Shown here: one piece after another, positions 1 through 12,617 of the stretch | Layout of the letters: the number at the start of each line of letters is the position of its first letter | How positions within the stretch are numbered: position 1 is the first letter of the stretch | NCBI GenBank assembly: GCA_963693365.1 | Contig: CAVNZM010000007.1 | Location: 3,500,159 to 3,564,158 of the forward strand | Length of the DNA stretch: 64,000 bases | DNA from: Amoebidium appalachense | Lineage: Eukaryota; Protista; Ichthyosporea | Direction of reading: 5' to 3' | Made by a program: the position numbers and the translations under genes | Notes under the pieces: generated by a model | What the model was told of the DNA's origin: nothing | What the model saw: the letters and a program-made list of their open reading frames with translations, nothing else | Database searches by the model: none

Positions 1-119
1 GGCAGCACAAGTCTTTATGTACACGTCATGCCCCACAGGAGCATGACCAGTTTTATCTAAGTCATGCTCACCAGGAGCATATGACACACAATCCAACCCT
101 TACTTTTGATTATGAACTA

Positions 120-812
120 TTACAGGGTCCAGTGACCCTCCTGCTTACAAACTACACATGTTTTTTTGTTACTACAGTAAGACGTATTAATAAAGAAAAA
201 AAAAAACACAAGATCAACTTGAACACACTGGGCACAATCAAAGATAATTGTTTGGGGGGGGGGGGGTTTAATCTTCCTTGCTTTTTTTGGTGAAGCGTTC
301 CTCATCCGAGGCTCCTCCTTATTGCGCACCCTCTTCTTGCTGCCCTCATCCTCGCTGCCCTCGGCCTCGCTGCCCTCGGCCCCATCGCGCTCGCTGACGT
401 CGCCGTCCCTGTCCCCCTCTTCCTCGCTGACATCAGCGTTCTTCACTTGCTCACGCTCGCTAGTCTCATCCTCGGGCTCGCTGTTGCTGCCATCTCCGCT
501 GACCTGGCCACCGCTGCCGTCAGCCTCAACCGCATCCTCATCACGGCCGCCGTCGTTGTCAGACCCCGGCTGCAAGGGGGAGACGGGGGGCTGCAGTTCT
601 TGCTCGCCTGGGCTGTCATCCTTGTTGGCGTTGCCCCCCTTGCCCACCTCTAAGGCCACCTTGGCCTTGGCGCTTGCAGCCCTCTCGGCCAACTTCTTGG
701 CCTGGTACTGGTCAGCCTTGAGCCTGAACTTGACCTGATCTTGGGCGGAGGGAGGAGGGGGCGGTGGGTGGGGGGTTGGGGGGGGGGGGGGGGGGTAAAT
801 GTTGGTACCCAA
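120..812 (-). CDS. Fragment of a low-complexity acidic/basic protein ending in a truncated CCHC-like knuckle (gag/ORF1-like); probably spliced or pseudogenic
   Basis: ORF with a coding-like GC-rich core (290-745), E/D/S/G-rich, ending CVVCKQEGHW; both ends run through homopolymers. Confidence 0.35.
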   Translation of the reverse strand: MGTNIYPPPPPPTPHPPPPPPSAQDQVKFRLKADQYQAKKLAERAASAKAKVALEVGKGGNANKDDSPGEQELQPPVSPLQPGSDNDGGRDEDAVEADGSGGQVSGDGSNSEPEDETSEREQVKNADVSEEEGDRDGDVSERDGAEGSEAEGSEDEGSKKRVRNKEEPRMRNASPKKARKIKPPPPQTIIFDCAQCVQVDLVFFFFFINTSYCSNKKTCVVCKQEGHWTL

Positions 813-1419
813 TATGTTTCAAGTCCAACAGCTATGTAAGAAGGATCAACTGAACACCCATCTAACAAGGTGTATACGGGGTGAAGCAGGCGACAGTTCC
901 CTAGTAGTAAGCAGGATTCTACATCAGCAAACTTCCCCGTGGTATTGCCAATATTGTGAGGCTATTATCTATTGCCAATATCGTAAAAACACCAGATTAA
1001 TACTGAAGTAATATCACTTATCCATTGCCAATGTATTGCGAGTAGAGATTTTCTGTGGTAGAGACGCTATAGAAGTGTAATAGACTGTAATATTGACGTA
1101 ATATCGGCATAATATTTTTATATTATTGTCATACCATGTCAGGTCTGTTGGAGTGCAGACTTACGCTCACTCCACAATATGTGTATGTTAGCTTTACAAT
1201 TGGTTCCGTGTACACAGACACACGCTGACACTCGATCACCACATGCACATCTGCATAGTTGAGGAATGTTGCCAATTGTGTTTTGACTGCAAACGATTGG
1301 TTCACTGGTCCCAGAGATCTCTAAATGAAAGTAACCAATCCGATTAGCGCCTGGCATCCGGATTACATTCCAGACTGCTGCCCCACGGGTATATAAGCCA
1401 CGCCTCTGCCAGGTGCAGA

Positions 1420-1467
1420 CATGGAGTTCAGTCATGGAGTTCAGTCATGGAGTTCAGTCATGGAGTT
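1420..1467 (+). repeat. 13-bp tandem repeat (CATGGAGTTCAGT) x3.7, just downstream of a TATATAA at 1390-1396
   Basis: Direct reading of the sequence. Confidence 0.9.
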
Positions 1468-1719
1468 AACACACTGAAAGCAGTAAAAAAACGGGTCAGC
1501 GCCCAAGCGCGCCACGACGACCCTAGTCACAGCGGACTCTACTTCCAACAAGGTCTACCACCAATAACTATATACCGTATGAGTAATGTACTGGCAATAT
1601 CCCAAAATGCGTGTATGTGTGCCTATTAACAATACAATTTCGATATTGTCAATGTACTTATTCGGTATTATACTATTGCTTGCGGAGTATTGTCAATACG
1701 TTATGAATATATAAAATGT

Positions 1720-2645
1720 TGTTGTAATACGTAGTATTTACATATGGTAAGATCTTCTCAGTTTGTGTTATGTTTCAGTTCATATGCTTAGTGTAAATGC
1801 CACACTCCTATTATGTAAAGTGTAGCATCGATCTCCGATATGCTTGTATACTTGTAATCGTGTTGTATCGGCTTTAATCGTGTGTTGTAATATCGATTAG
1901 AATATTTATATGTGTGTACACGGATCCACCCACTCAGGGAGAGACGTGTACATGTTCGTGTGTACATAAATATCTCTGGTTATAGTTATGCTATTGCTAT
2001 CTTGTTTGTTGATCTGTGCTCTCTTTTCCTTCCTCTTTCTCCTTCCTTATTTTCTTTTCTTTCTCTCTTTGTCTTCATGTGTATAATCGTATTTCTTTTC
2101 TACTAATATATGTTAGGTAGATTTGTGTTACTTAATACGTGTTCATTGGACGGTAACACACTTAGGCTACACTTAGAATAGCATGTGTGTTTAGACTTCA
2201 TTAATTTACTTTAGTTTTCATGTGTTGCCGGGCTTTAACCAATCATCAAGGTTAAGTGTGATATGTCTGAGTCTTTGCAGTATGTCATAGGTTAGAACTT
2301 CCTTGATGATGACACGAGTTGACCTTAACTAGTGTCTGTGTCATATCGTGTGCGTCTCCGCCTACCGGATCTCTCTGAAAGCAATTAGGTTCTTCGTGAT
2401 TGGTTTCTATTAGAGATAGATCTGATTTCCGACTGGTCGGAAATCATGTATGGATTGGACTTAGAGGAATTTCAGGTATTTATTCGGAGATCAGAATAAA
2501 TTCAGTTCAGTCGTGTCTAAACATTGATGTCTGTTGTGTACACTGCTCCGATCGTTCCGTGTTTTGTTGTTGTGTGTGTCTGTGGTGTTTTTACACTGCA
2601 CCACTGTGTCTCTGCTTTCATACCAAATACTTATATAATTTAACA
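1720..2645 (+). repeat. Copia-1 5' LTR (926 bp)
   Basis: TGTTGTAATAC...TAATTTAACA, repeated at 7540-8463. Confidence 0.95.
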
Positions 2646-2707
2646 GGTTATGCAGCCCTTTTGCACGCTCCCTACACACATCTAGAACTCGCGCTCGTTT
2701 TTCAATC

Positions 2708-5700
2708 ATGGATCCAAACAAAACTGGTGTAAACAAAATAACCATGTGGAAAGGTGAAGGGAAGACTGGTCCCGATAGCAAAAGTTAACCACCTATTTTC
2801 AATGGGAAATCATTTTTCTCGGCATGATGACCGGCACTAAAGGTGTCCGACTCGTGGATGTTGTACTTGCTGACAACTACGTCCCCCCTACCACCGTCGC
2901 GGTTGACGGTGAACCCCCCTTCTATGGCTACGGCAATACTGCGGAACTCAAGGAGGCCCGCAATTGCCTCCTGCTCCATATGATACAGAACATCGACCCT
3001 TCCGTCCTCACCACCGTTGCCCAGTACCGTATTGGCATGGACCCTGAACGGGCCATGTGGAAATTCCGTCAACACTACCTCCAAGGCAAACCCGATCAGA
3101 TCCGCATCCTTCACCGTCAGTGGGATGCCTGTGCCCTTCAGCCCGGTGAATCATTCACCACCTACCTGAGTCGTCTGCAGACCATCGTGAACCAGCTCCA
3201 GTCCCTCCAAGATGAGTCCATTCACTTCACTCGTCTAGCTGAGAAGTTCTTCAATGAACTCACCACCAGAGACGACCTCACCCCTGAGTTCAACCGTCTT
3301 ATCGAAGACTATCACTTCGGTGATAAGCTATTCCCCGACTTCGAGTCCCTCCACAACCACGTCAAGGGCATCGAGTTACGTCAAGACCTCAAGATGCAAC
3401 TCCGGAGCAACCGTGCCCACCGTGCCTCCAAGTCCAGCATGGCATTAAATGCCAGTGCTCCCCCCGGTGATCTTCCTCGCCGTGACTTACGCAACCGACT
3501 TGACCGTACCCCTGGCACGGACCTCCGAACTCGTCTCTCCCGTCAGCACACCCGATCCCGTTCCCCCCACCGGCCTGCCTTCCGGTCCACGTCTCGTTCC
3601 CCCAGTCGTTCCCGTTTCTCGGGTTCCCGTCGTTCTGATTCCCCGGCTCGTTCTAACACCCCGTCTGTGAAAGCATGCTCCTACTGCCACGAGCCTGATC
3701 ACACGATCATCGATTACCCTGAGCCGAAATGCCGTATGTCCAGACACAACCGTTCCCGTCAAGGCAGTGAAAAATCTGTCTCCTTTGCTTTCTCGGCATA
3801 CAATGCTAGCTCCGTCCCCGTGTCCTCCGACCCTGCCTGGGATTCCGGGTGCAACATGACTGTCTGCCCCACCCGTGAGTTCTTCCATGACCTCACTCCC
3901 CTTCCGACACCGACTCCCGTTGCTTCCTTCAATGGCACCCCCGTCTTGGCCACTCACACCGGCCATATCGTCATCAACACCACCACCGACCATGGCACTG
4001 CCACCCTTACCATTGAAGCCTACTACACCCCGTCTGGCCAAGCCTTCCTCATTTCAACATCCCAAGCTGCTGCCGAATACATCAAGGGTGATTTGAATGA
4101 TGCCTCCACTCCGTCATTCCTCTTCGACCGACTTACCGGCCGTCATCTCGTAAACCTCCGTCTACACAACGGTCTGTATTACTTCAAGGACTACACCATT
4201 CAACCACCCACTCGTCCTGTGGCTCTGGCTGCCACTACCAGTGTTAACCCATCCATCTGGCACCATCGTCTGGGGCACCGTGCTATGACCAGCATCAAGG
4301 ACATGGTGAAACACGACCTTGTTATTGGTCTCCCCTCGTCTGTCCTCGACTGTGATGTTCCTGATTTTCATGGCTGCATTATGGGTAAAACCACCAAGGC
4401 TCCGTTCAAGGGTGACCGTCCTCACTCCAACATCCCCGGTCATGAATGGCATTGGGATTTTTTTGAGCCTACCACAACATCGTACGGAGGTTCCAAGGTT
4501 GCTCTCGTCACTGTCTGCCGTGCCTCTGGACTCGTCAAGATCTACCCGATGGCCGACCGTACAACCACCCTGGACATTCTCACAGCTCACACCAACCTCG
4601 TTGCTACCCATGCCCCCTCCAAAGTTGGTGTCTACCACTTCGACTCCGGCTCTGAGTTCACCTCCAAGGCTACCCGTGCTTTTTGCCTCTCCCAGGGCAT
4701 CAAGGCCAGCTATGCTCCGGTGGACTGCCCTCAACTGAACGGCTATCATGTTGAACGTCGTATGCGGTTCCTCCAAGAGATTGTTCGTTGCCTCCTCCAT
4801 CAAGTCCAAGATCAGTCTCTGTCCCCCAAACTGTGGGCTGAGGCCCTCCAACATGCCGCCTACATCATCAACGTCACCCCGTCCACGACTGCCAATGGTC
4901 GTACACCATTCGAGGTTTTCTACGGTGTCAAGCCCGACATCTCCGAGCTCAAAGTGTTCGGTTGCCCTGCCTACACTCATGTGCCAGCCTCTAAACGGAA
5001 CAAGCTGGCCCCCACCGTCAAACTCGGCATGTATATCGGCTATGATCTTCAATCACACTGCCACCGGATCTTCAATCCCACCACCCATGGTGTCGGCCTC
5101 TTCCGTGATGTGATTTTCGACGAATCAGCTTATCTCCCGTCCGACATTCCATCACCACTTCCGACCCCCGACACCACTGCTACCTCGACCACCCCACCCC
5201 CCACAGTTGACACTGAAGATGATGTTTGTCTGGTGTACTCTGGCCCCCCTCCTGCCATAGTCGTTCCCCCGACACCCCCCCCCCCACCGGCCCCCCTGCC
5301 CCCGTGCCCGTCCAGCCTGCCGACCCTCCTCCTGCCCCTGGCAACGTCACACCCATCCGACCCGGCTCCCCCGACAACTTCCACTCGGCCCCGTCCAGCT
5401 CGGAGGTTGCCCCCCCTGCAATTCCGAACTTCCAAGTTCCCCCCCCCCCCGTCTCCACCTCCCCCGGTTCCTGCACCCCGTCGTTCTGCCCGTCTACAGG
5501 GCAAGGTTGGACTTCAAGCCACCACCACCCTGCCAGTCCCCCCCGGTCCCCCCATCAACATCGACCAACTACCCAAACTTGTCCGTCAACTGTGTTCCGG
5601 ACCCAATGGTGACCAGGTCAAGTCAGCCCTCACTGCTGAGTATCAAGCCTTCGTCGACAAAGACATCTTTGAACTTGTTGACCCTCCCCCTGGTGCTAAC

Positions 5701-7125
5701 ATCGTCGGCTTCAAGTGGATTGTCTCCGAGAAAACTCTCAACTCGGCTGGTGACACCAAGATCAAGGCCCGTGGTGTTGCTCAAGGCTTCAGTCAGCAAT
5801 ACGGTGTTGACTATGAGTTGATTGAGAGCCCTGTCATCCGTCCGGCTGCTCTCCGTGCTATCCTAGCTCTGGCCGTTGTTGAAGGTCATGACATCCATCA
5901 ACTCAACGTGTCTACGGCCTTTCTCAACAGCCCACTCACCGAGACCATCTACATGAAACAACCCCCGGGATTCATCACCATGGCCACACTTGGCAAGGTC
6001 TGGAGACTCAAGAAAGCCCTGTACGGCCTCAAGCAAGCCTCCAAGGCTTGGTACGACTTCCTCGACGGCATTCTTCTTGCCCATGGCCTGACCCGTACTA
6101 AGACAGACCCGTGCATCTACCTCCGGTTCTTCCCCAACAACGATGTGGTTCGGGCTGGTAACTACGTCGACGACTCCACCATCACCAACACCCGGGGTTC
6201 TACTGCTGCCAGTGACCTGGCTGCCCACATCAGCAAGATGGCCAGCTGTCGTATGAGTCCATTTGACCGTATGCTCGGTGTTGATTTTAATCACTCTGAT
6301 CCCCATCACCTCCACATGCACCAGAGGTCTTACATCATGGATATCATCCACGACTTCAACCTCACCGATGCCAAGTCCAAGTCTACCCCCATCCCTGCAG
6401 GCACCACCGTCTCCCTGGCTGACTGCCCCCCCCAACCGTTCACCGTGCCCTACCGTGAGTTACTCGGCCGTCTCCTCTGGGTGGCCCGGTGCACACGTCC
6501 CGACATTGCCTATGCCATCGGCTTCCTTGGTCGGTTCAGCACCAACCCCGGCAAGACTCACTGGGACCTTCTCCGTCGTGTGGCCCGGTACCTGCTCGGC
6601 ACCATTGACCTTGGCATTGACTACAAGTACTCGGCCACCCAGCCCCCCATACTCGAATGCTACACGGATGCTGACTTTGCTGGTTGTGCCGACAGCAAGA
6701 AGTCTACCACCGGCTACATCATCGAGTTTGCTGGTATGCCCATCATCTGGTACTCCAAGCTCCAGCCCATCACGGCCACCAGCACCACTGAAGCTGAGCT
6801 GATTGCTCTTAATGCTGGCACCCAAGAAGTTGCTTGGGTCCGTGACCTCTTCAAGGAACTCGGCTGCCCCATGCTTGCTCCGACTCCGGTGTACTGTGAC
6901 AACCAGTCGACCATTGCCATCGTCAACTCCACCGGCATCAAGCACCGTACCAATCACATTGCCGTCCGGTATCACAACACCAAAGACTACATTGCAAGTG
7001 GGGATGTGGTTGTCCACTACGTTGAATCAGCCCACAACTTAGCTGACATCCTCACCAAACCCCTCCCCGGCCCGAGTCATGTCAACCATCGTGCTCGACT
7101 TTGTTTGCCGGATATTGTGGATTGA
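2708..7125 (+). CDS. Copia-1 Gag-Pol polyprotein; likely true ATG at 2708 with a frameshift near 2785, then open 2824-7125
   Basis: Zn knuckle CSYCHEPDH, protease WDSG, IN WHHRLGH and FDSGSEF, RT KARGVAQGF and YVDD, RNaseH YTDADF and ADILTK; 2708 frame (WKGEGK) resembles the Copia-2 N-terminus (WKGDD). Confidence 0.93.
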
Positions 7126-7539
7126 CCCGTCCTACTTCAAGAGTGATTTTCTAATGTTTACTACTTACTTTATCATAATCATTATTTCATATGTATATTG
7201 CCTTTGTGGGTATGCCCACTTAGGGTTTATATATAAGGTTTGACCTGTACCATGACTCTACTCTATCTTTCACTGGTTTAAAACCCAGTTAATCAAACCC
7301 CGACTATACACGTTATACATATTCGTTGTTTTTGCCCCGGTTCCTTCCCCCCCCCCCCTTCCCCCCCCCCCCCCCTCCCCCCCCCCCTTCCCCCCCCCAC
7401 CCTTCTCCCCCCCCCCCCCCCCCCCCCCGGGAAAAGTACACACTTTAATTTTTTTTTTTCCGTTTCTGTTCTCAAGTGGGGAGATTTCACTAGTTCAGTG
7501 GGGATATGATAACACAAACTTCAAAGTCTTAAGTGGGGA

Positions 7540-8463
7540 TGTTGTAATACGTAGTATTTACATATGGTAAGATCTTCTCAGTTTGTGTTATGTTTCAGTT
7601 CATATGCTTAGTGTAAATGCCACACTCCTATTATGTAAAGTGTAGCATCGATCTCCGATATGCTTGTATACTTGTAATCGTGTTGTATCGGCCTTAATCG
7701 TGTATTGTAATATCGATTAGAATATTTATATGTGTGTACACGGATCCACCCACTCAGGGAGAGACGTGTACATGTTCGTGTGTACATAAATATCTCTGGT
7801 TATAGTTATGCTATTGCTATCTTGTTTGTTGATCTGTGCTCTCTTTTCCTTCCTCTTTCTCCTTCCTTATTTTCTTTTCTTTCTCTCCTTGTCTTCATGT
7901 GTATAATCGTATTTCTTTTCTACTAATATATGTTAGGTAGATTTGTGTTACTTAATACGTGTTCATTGGACGGTAACACACTTAGGCTACACTTAGAATA
8001 GCATGTGTGTTTAGACTTCATTAATTTACTTTAGTTTTCATGTGTTGCCGGGCTTTAACCAATCATCAAGGTTAAGTGTGATATGTCTGAGTCTTTGCAG
8101 TATGTCATAGGTTAGAACTTCCTTGATGATGACACGAGTTGACCTTAACTAGTGTCTGTGTCCTATCGTGTGCGTCTCCGCGTACCGGATCTCTCTGAAA
8201 GCAATTGGTTCTTAGTGATTGGTTTCTATTAGAGATAGATCTGATTTCCGACTGGTCGGAAATCATGTATGGATTGGACTTAGAGGAATTTCAGGTATTT
8301 ATTCGGAGATCAGAATAAATTCAGTTCAGTCGTGTCTAAACATTGATGTCTGTTGTGTACACTGCTCCGATCGTTCCGTGTTTTGTTGTTGTGTGTGTCT
8401 GTGGTGTTTTTACACTGCACCACTGTGTCTCTGCTTTCATACCAAATACTATATAATTTAACA
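7540..8463 (+). repeat. Copia-1 3' LTR
   Basis: Matches 1720-2645 with few differences; preceded by PPT. Confidence 0.95.
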
Positions 8464-8465
8464 AA

Positions 8466-8503
<38 letters not shown>

Positions 8504-9792
8504 CCCCCCCCCCCCCCCCCCCCAACCCCCCTCCCCTCTCTCTTTCCTCCTCTCTCCCTTCTACTTTCCTACCTTCTACACTCTACTTTTCTTTTATTTT
8601 TCCTTAACTTTTCCTCCTTTCCTTTTTTTCACTATACTTTTCCTCTCTCCTCCTTCCCAAAACATCCCGTCCTCGTTTATTTTTCTTCTCTCCCTCTTCC
8701 TCTCTCTCTCCCCCCAAAACAAAAACAACACACACAACCAACACACACACACACACACTCACTCAACTCACATCACACTCAACTCACAACAACACACACA
8801 CAACCAGTCCTCCCCCTCCCCTCCTCAATAATACAAAACACAACAAATTTTTTTCTTTTCTTTTCTCTCCCCCTCCCCCTTTCTTTTTTTATTTTTTTTA
8901 TTCTCATGTGTTATCTTTTTCTTATGTACTTTTTTGATTAACCCCCCTATCCCCCTCCCACCTTAAGAGAAACTTCGCACATGGTGCACTCCGAATTCAG
9001 CCATATCATCTTTGCCATTTTCTATCCTTGTATTTTACTTATCTATAACTTACCTTATACTTTCACTTTATATTTGTACCTCTATACCTTTGTACCTTTG
9101 TACCTTTCTATGAAAACTACTCCGGGACGTGTGTTGCCTCTAGGGGGACATCCCCTTGGACGAAAGTGAACCTGCAATGGTTGTAAACCACGGCAAGCCC
9201 CCAGTCATCAATTTATTGATCCGTGAGGTCCATGTGCCCAAAAAACGGGGGAAGTCTTCGCCCCGTGAAAAAAACAGCACGTATGTGTGGATCAATGGGG
9301 GTTGTGTGTGGGTGTAGGTGGGTGGGTGAAAAGGAATATATAGCTGTAAGGCTGTGGATGCTAAACACAGAAGATGTGTTTGTAGCTTGCTGATCTGCTA
9401 AAAACTGTCGTGCTTATATACCTAAGCCTACCGATCTGAGCCAATCAAAAATCGATCTAGTGATATGTGAAATCTGATCCGAGCCAATCATAACTCGGTC
9501 TAGTGATCTGTGGTATCTGATGTTTTGACTGGCTAATAGGTGCCCGTGTGCGGGCAGCCAACCGCTAACTGCTAAAACACGAAATGAAGCCTACATGGTT
9601 ATGTTGGTATCGAACACCCATCCTACGTGTTTACCCAGAAAAATATTTATGTCAATAATTTCCACAAATAAAACCTCTATGAAAACTACTCCGGGACGTG
9701 TGTTGCCTCTAGGGGGACATCCCCTTGGACGAAAGTGAACCTGCAATGGTTGTAAACCACGGCACGAGAGCAGTATGCTTGCTCCAAAGGTT

Positions 9793-10854
9793 TCACTTAA
9801 GAATAGAGGCGAATACACGTGTGGTGGTGGCAGCAATGGAGGCCGGACGAAGTCGGGTATAGATCAGGAAGCAGTCGGAGGACCACCGGCCGAGTTGTTT
9901 GATCCGGGAGTCGTCGACCCCGGCCTCAGCCAGTGCTGTGGCCCCCCCGATGCGGAGGCTGTGTCCGGCAAACCGGGAGGGTGAGAGGCCTGCCCGGGAG
10001 AGGAGGGCACGGAAATCGGCAGAGAAAGCACTCTTGGTGTAGGGGATGCCACCGAGACTGAAGAGGGGGTCGTCGGGTTGACCGGACGTTGTATCCAGGA
10101 ACTGCCGGAGGAGATGGGCTGGGGAGAAGTGGGTGAGGGGCAGGGCAGCTAGGGTGACGTTGACACCTCGGGCCTGTACATCCGTCTTAGAGGTTGGCAG
10201 GTGGAGGGTGGCATGGGACAAAGTACCGGTGGGGGTGTAGCTGAAGGTCACGTCCTTCCGTTTAACGTGACGGGACGGGTCGAAAGAAGTCAGGGTCTTG
10301 GAGGTAAATTCCCCTGAACGGAGGAGACCACAGAAACCGACGATGAGGGCCGTCCATAGCCGGAGATTGGCCGAGGAGGCCTTGGTGGGGCACTGGCCAT
10401 GGAGTAGGTGGAGGTGGGAGGGGAGGAGGGGTTCCCTGGTGGATGAGCGGGGTCGGATGTTGTGAGAAAGCTGCCATCGGCCCACCCCCCCGTAGGAACC
10501 AGGCCAGAGACTTGTCGTGGGGGTAGGGAGCAGGGAGGCCCATGTCGAGGTGGAGCCTGGTGATGGCCGAATTGTAGCCGGTTAAGGAAGAGGCCTGTAC
10601 CCCTCGTTGGGCACACCAGGCGAGAAAAAGTTGCACGGTGTGTGGGGAGGCCGGGAGGGAGGACCCGGAGGAGGATTGCAGCCGAGATGCCACACAGAAA
10701 TCGATGAACACTTTTTGCACCCGGGAGTAAAAGGCCCGAGAGTCGAGGTTGAGACTCAGGGCCTGGCATTCCTGCAGGGTAGTGGTGGCTCGAAGCAGCT
10801 CGGCCGGAGCAAAGTGGGGGGCCAATCTGCCAGTGTTGCTCCGGAACGGGAGAT
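9793..10854 (-). CDS. Ng-1 tyrosine recombinase; 1-nt frameshift in the G-run near 10485
   Basis: Catalytic motifs LLRSGE, SKTD, HSLRIGGAT, GRWSS, IY; N-terminal core-binding region in ORF 10262-10825; start placed at predicted splice acceptor. Confidence 0.9.
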
Positions 10855-10881
10855 CTGGGGGGGGGGGGGGGGGGGGGGGGG

Positions 10882-12564
10882 TTAGCCCAAGGGAAGGGAT
10901 AGGAACTCGTGGACCCAGGAGGGGAAGGGGCAGGGCTCCGGTTGCAGGGAAGGTCGGAGTCGTCGGGCCCGGGGAAGTTGGTTACGAGAAATGGCATCGG
11001 CCAGATGGTTGAGGGGTCCTGGTAGGTAGGATGCCTGTAACGTAAATTGGTATTGCATTTCCATGCGGGTGATGAACCGAATAAGTTTGGCCATCACGGG
11101 GTGGGGGGAAGACCGGGAGTGCAGGTCAGACACAGCACCCGTGTTGTCGCATAAAATACGGACATGGTGGGTGGACCAGGAGGGGGCCCAGAGGGCCACG
11201 GCGGCTGCGATGGCCAGGAGTTCGATGACGGAAGAACCGAGTTTACCCTCATGAGCATAGAGGGCTTGGGTGGAGGGGGACCAGGGCATGAAGAACCATT
11301 GGTCGAGCCAGTGGCCACCTAGACCCACCGATCCGGCAGCATCAGTGGCCAGGGTGGTGTATGTGGGGGGTGTGATGAGGTGCACCCCATTCCATGATGT
11401 GAGGAACTGGTGCCATTCGGCTATGTCGGCCCGGGCGGCAGCAGTCAGTCGTATGTGGTGGTGGCCGGCAAGGTGTGGGTGGGTCCGGAGAAGGGCCCAT
11501 AGGCGCTGGGAGAAGGCCCTCCCGGGGGGAACCAGCTGGGCACACCAGGTGAGTTTGCCGAGGAGGGACTGGAGGTCCCGAATGGTGATGGTGGGCTTTG
11601 GGTGGGAAGTGAGGTCGAGTAGGTCCGAGAGCTTGGAAGCCGGGATTCGTGCCTCCATGGCGATGGAGTCGAATTCGATACCGATGAAGACGACACGGGT
11701 AGCCGGGCCCTGCATCTTGTCTTCGGAGATGGCAATGTGCAGCTCTCGGCAGAGTTGCAGGAAGGTGGATAGGTGACGTTGGCACTGCTCTTGTGTGGGG
11801 GCGACTATAATCCAGTCGTCTACGTAGTGGCGGATGAGGGTAATACCGTGCTGGTGTGCCAGCCACTGTAGGGTGGCCGCGATCCGTTCCCAGATGGCTG
11901 GGCTAGATTTCAGGCCGAAGGGCAGTCTGGTTTCAACGTAAAAATGCCCTTGCCATTTGAATGCCATTAAGTGGTGGTCTTCCGGTCGGATGGGCATGTG
12001 CCGGAAGGCAGCCTGCACATCTGCCACGGCCATGTAGCAGCCGGGGCCTGCGTCGAGAATGAGTTGGGTGACATCCCGGGCGCGAATGTACTGAAGTTCG
12101 TCGGGGTAGGTGATGCTGTCATTGACACTGCTACCCCGGGGCCAGGAGAGGTGGTGGATTCGACGGTACTTGGGGGGGTTCCCTTTCTTGGTAACGGCGC
12201 CGATGGGGGAGGAACGGTGGACGGGAAATTCGTCAAAGAATTGGGCCGGGGAGAGGGGGCCGCGCAGGTGGCCGAGGGCGACTTCTTTGGCAATATCCAC
12301 CGTGATAGCGGCAGCTGCCTCCGGGGTGGTGGGTAGGTTGGGGCCCACCCGAGAGGTGGAGGGGCCGCGATAGCCGATGTCGACGCCGAATTCGACATCG
12401 TGGAGGAGTTGTGCGGCGAATGGTTGGTCCGGGTAGGAGGCCAGCAGTTCCCGGAGGCGGGAGGTGTCAATGTGGTGCTGGGGCAGCGGGCGGGCCTCCG
12501 GGTCTGAGCCTCGGGGGAAGGGGTGGTTAGCAAGGGTGGTGTACCCTTGGGGAGATCCCGGCAG

Positions 12565-12617
<53 letters not shown>

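Larger units (their letters stand above)
1720..8463 (+). mobile_element. Ty1/copia LTR retrotransposon, family Copia-1, full length
   Basis: Near-identical TG...CA LTRs 1720-2645 and 7540-8463; PBS-like GGTTATGCAGCCC at 2646; PPT AAGTGGGGA 7531-7539; domain order gag-PR-IN-RT-RH; left flank AATGT, right flank AAT then garbled poly-C. Confidence 0.97.

Noticed and set aside
4162-7017. Antisense and alternate-frame ORFs over copia pol (also 21643-22908, 41040-42704) and over the YR-element RT
   Set aside because: Expected shadows of strongly C-ending codon bias; no recognisable motifs
8464-8960. Possible distinct element after the Copia-1 3' LTR
   Set aside because: Low-complexity, apparently garbled sequence that also obscures the TSD; not interpretable
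8960-9106. Possible LINE 3' end with a (TGTACCTT)n tail
   Set aside because: Only a short repeat tail and a weak peptide resemblance; no RT or endonuclease motif nearby
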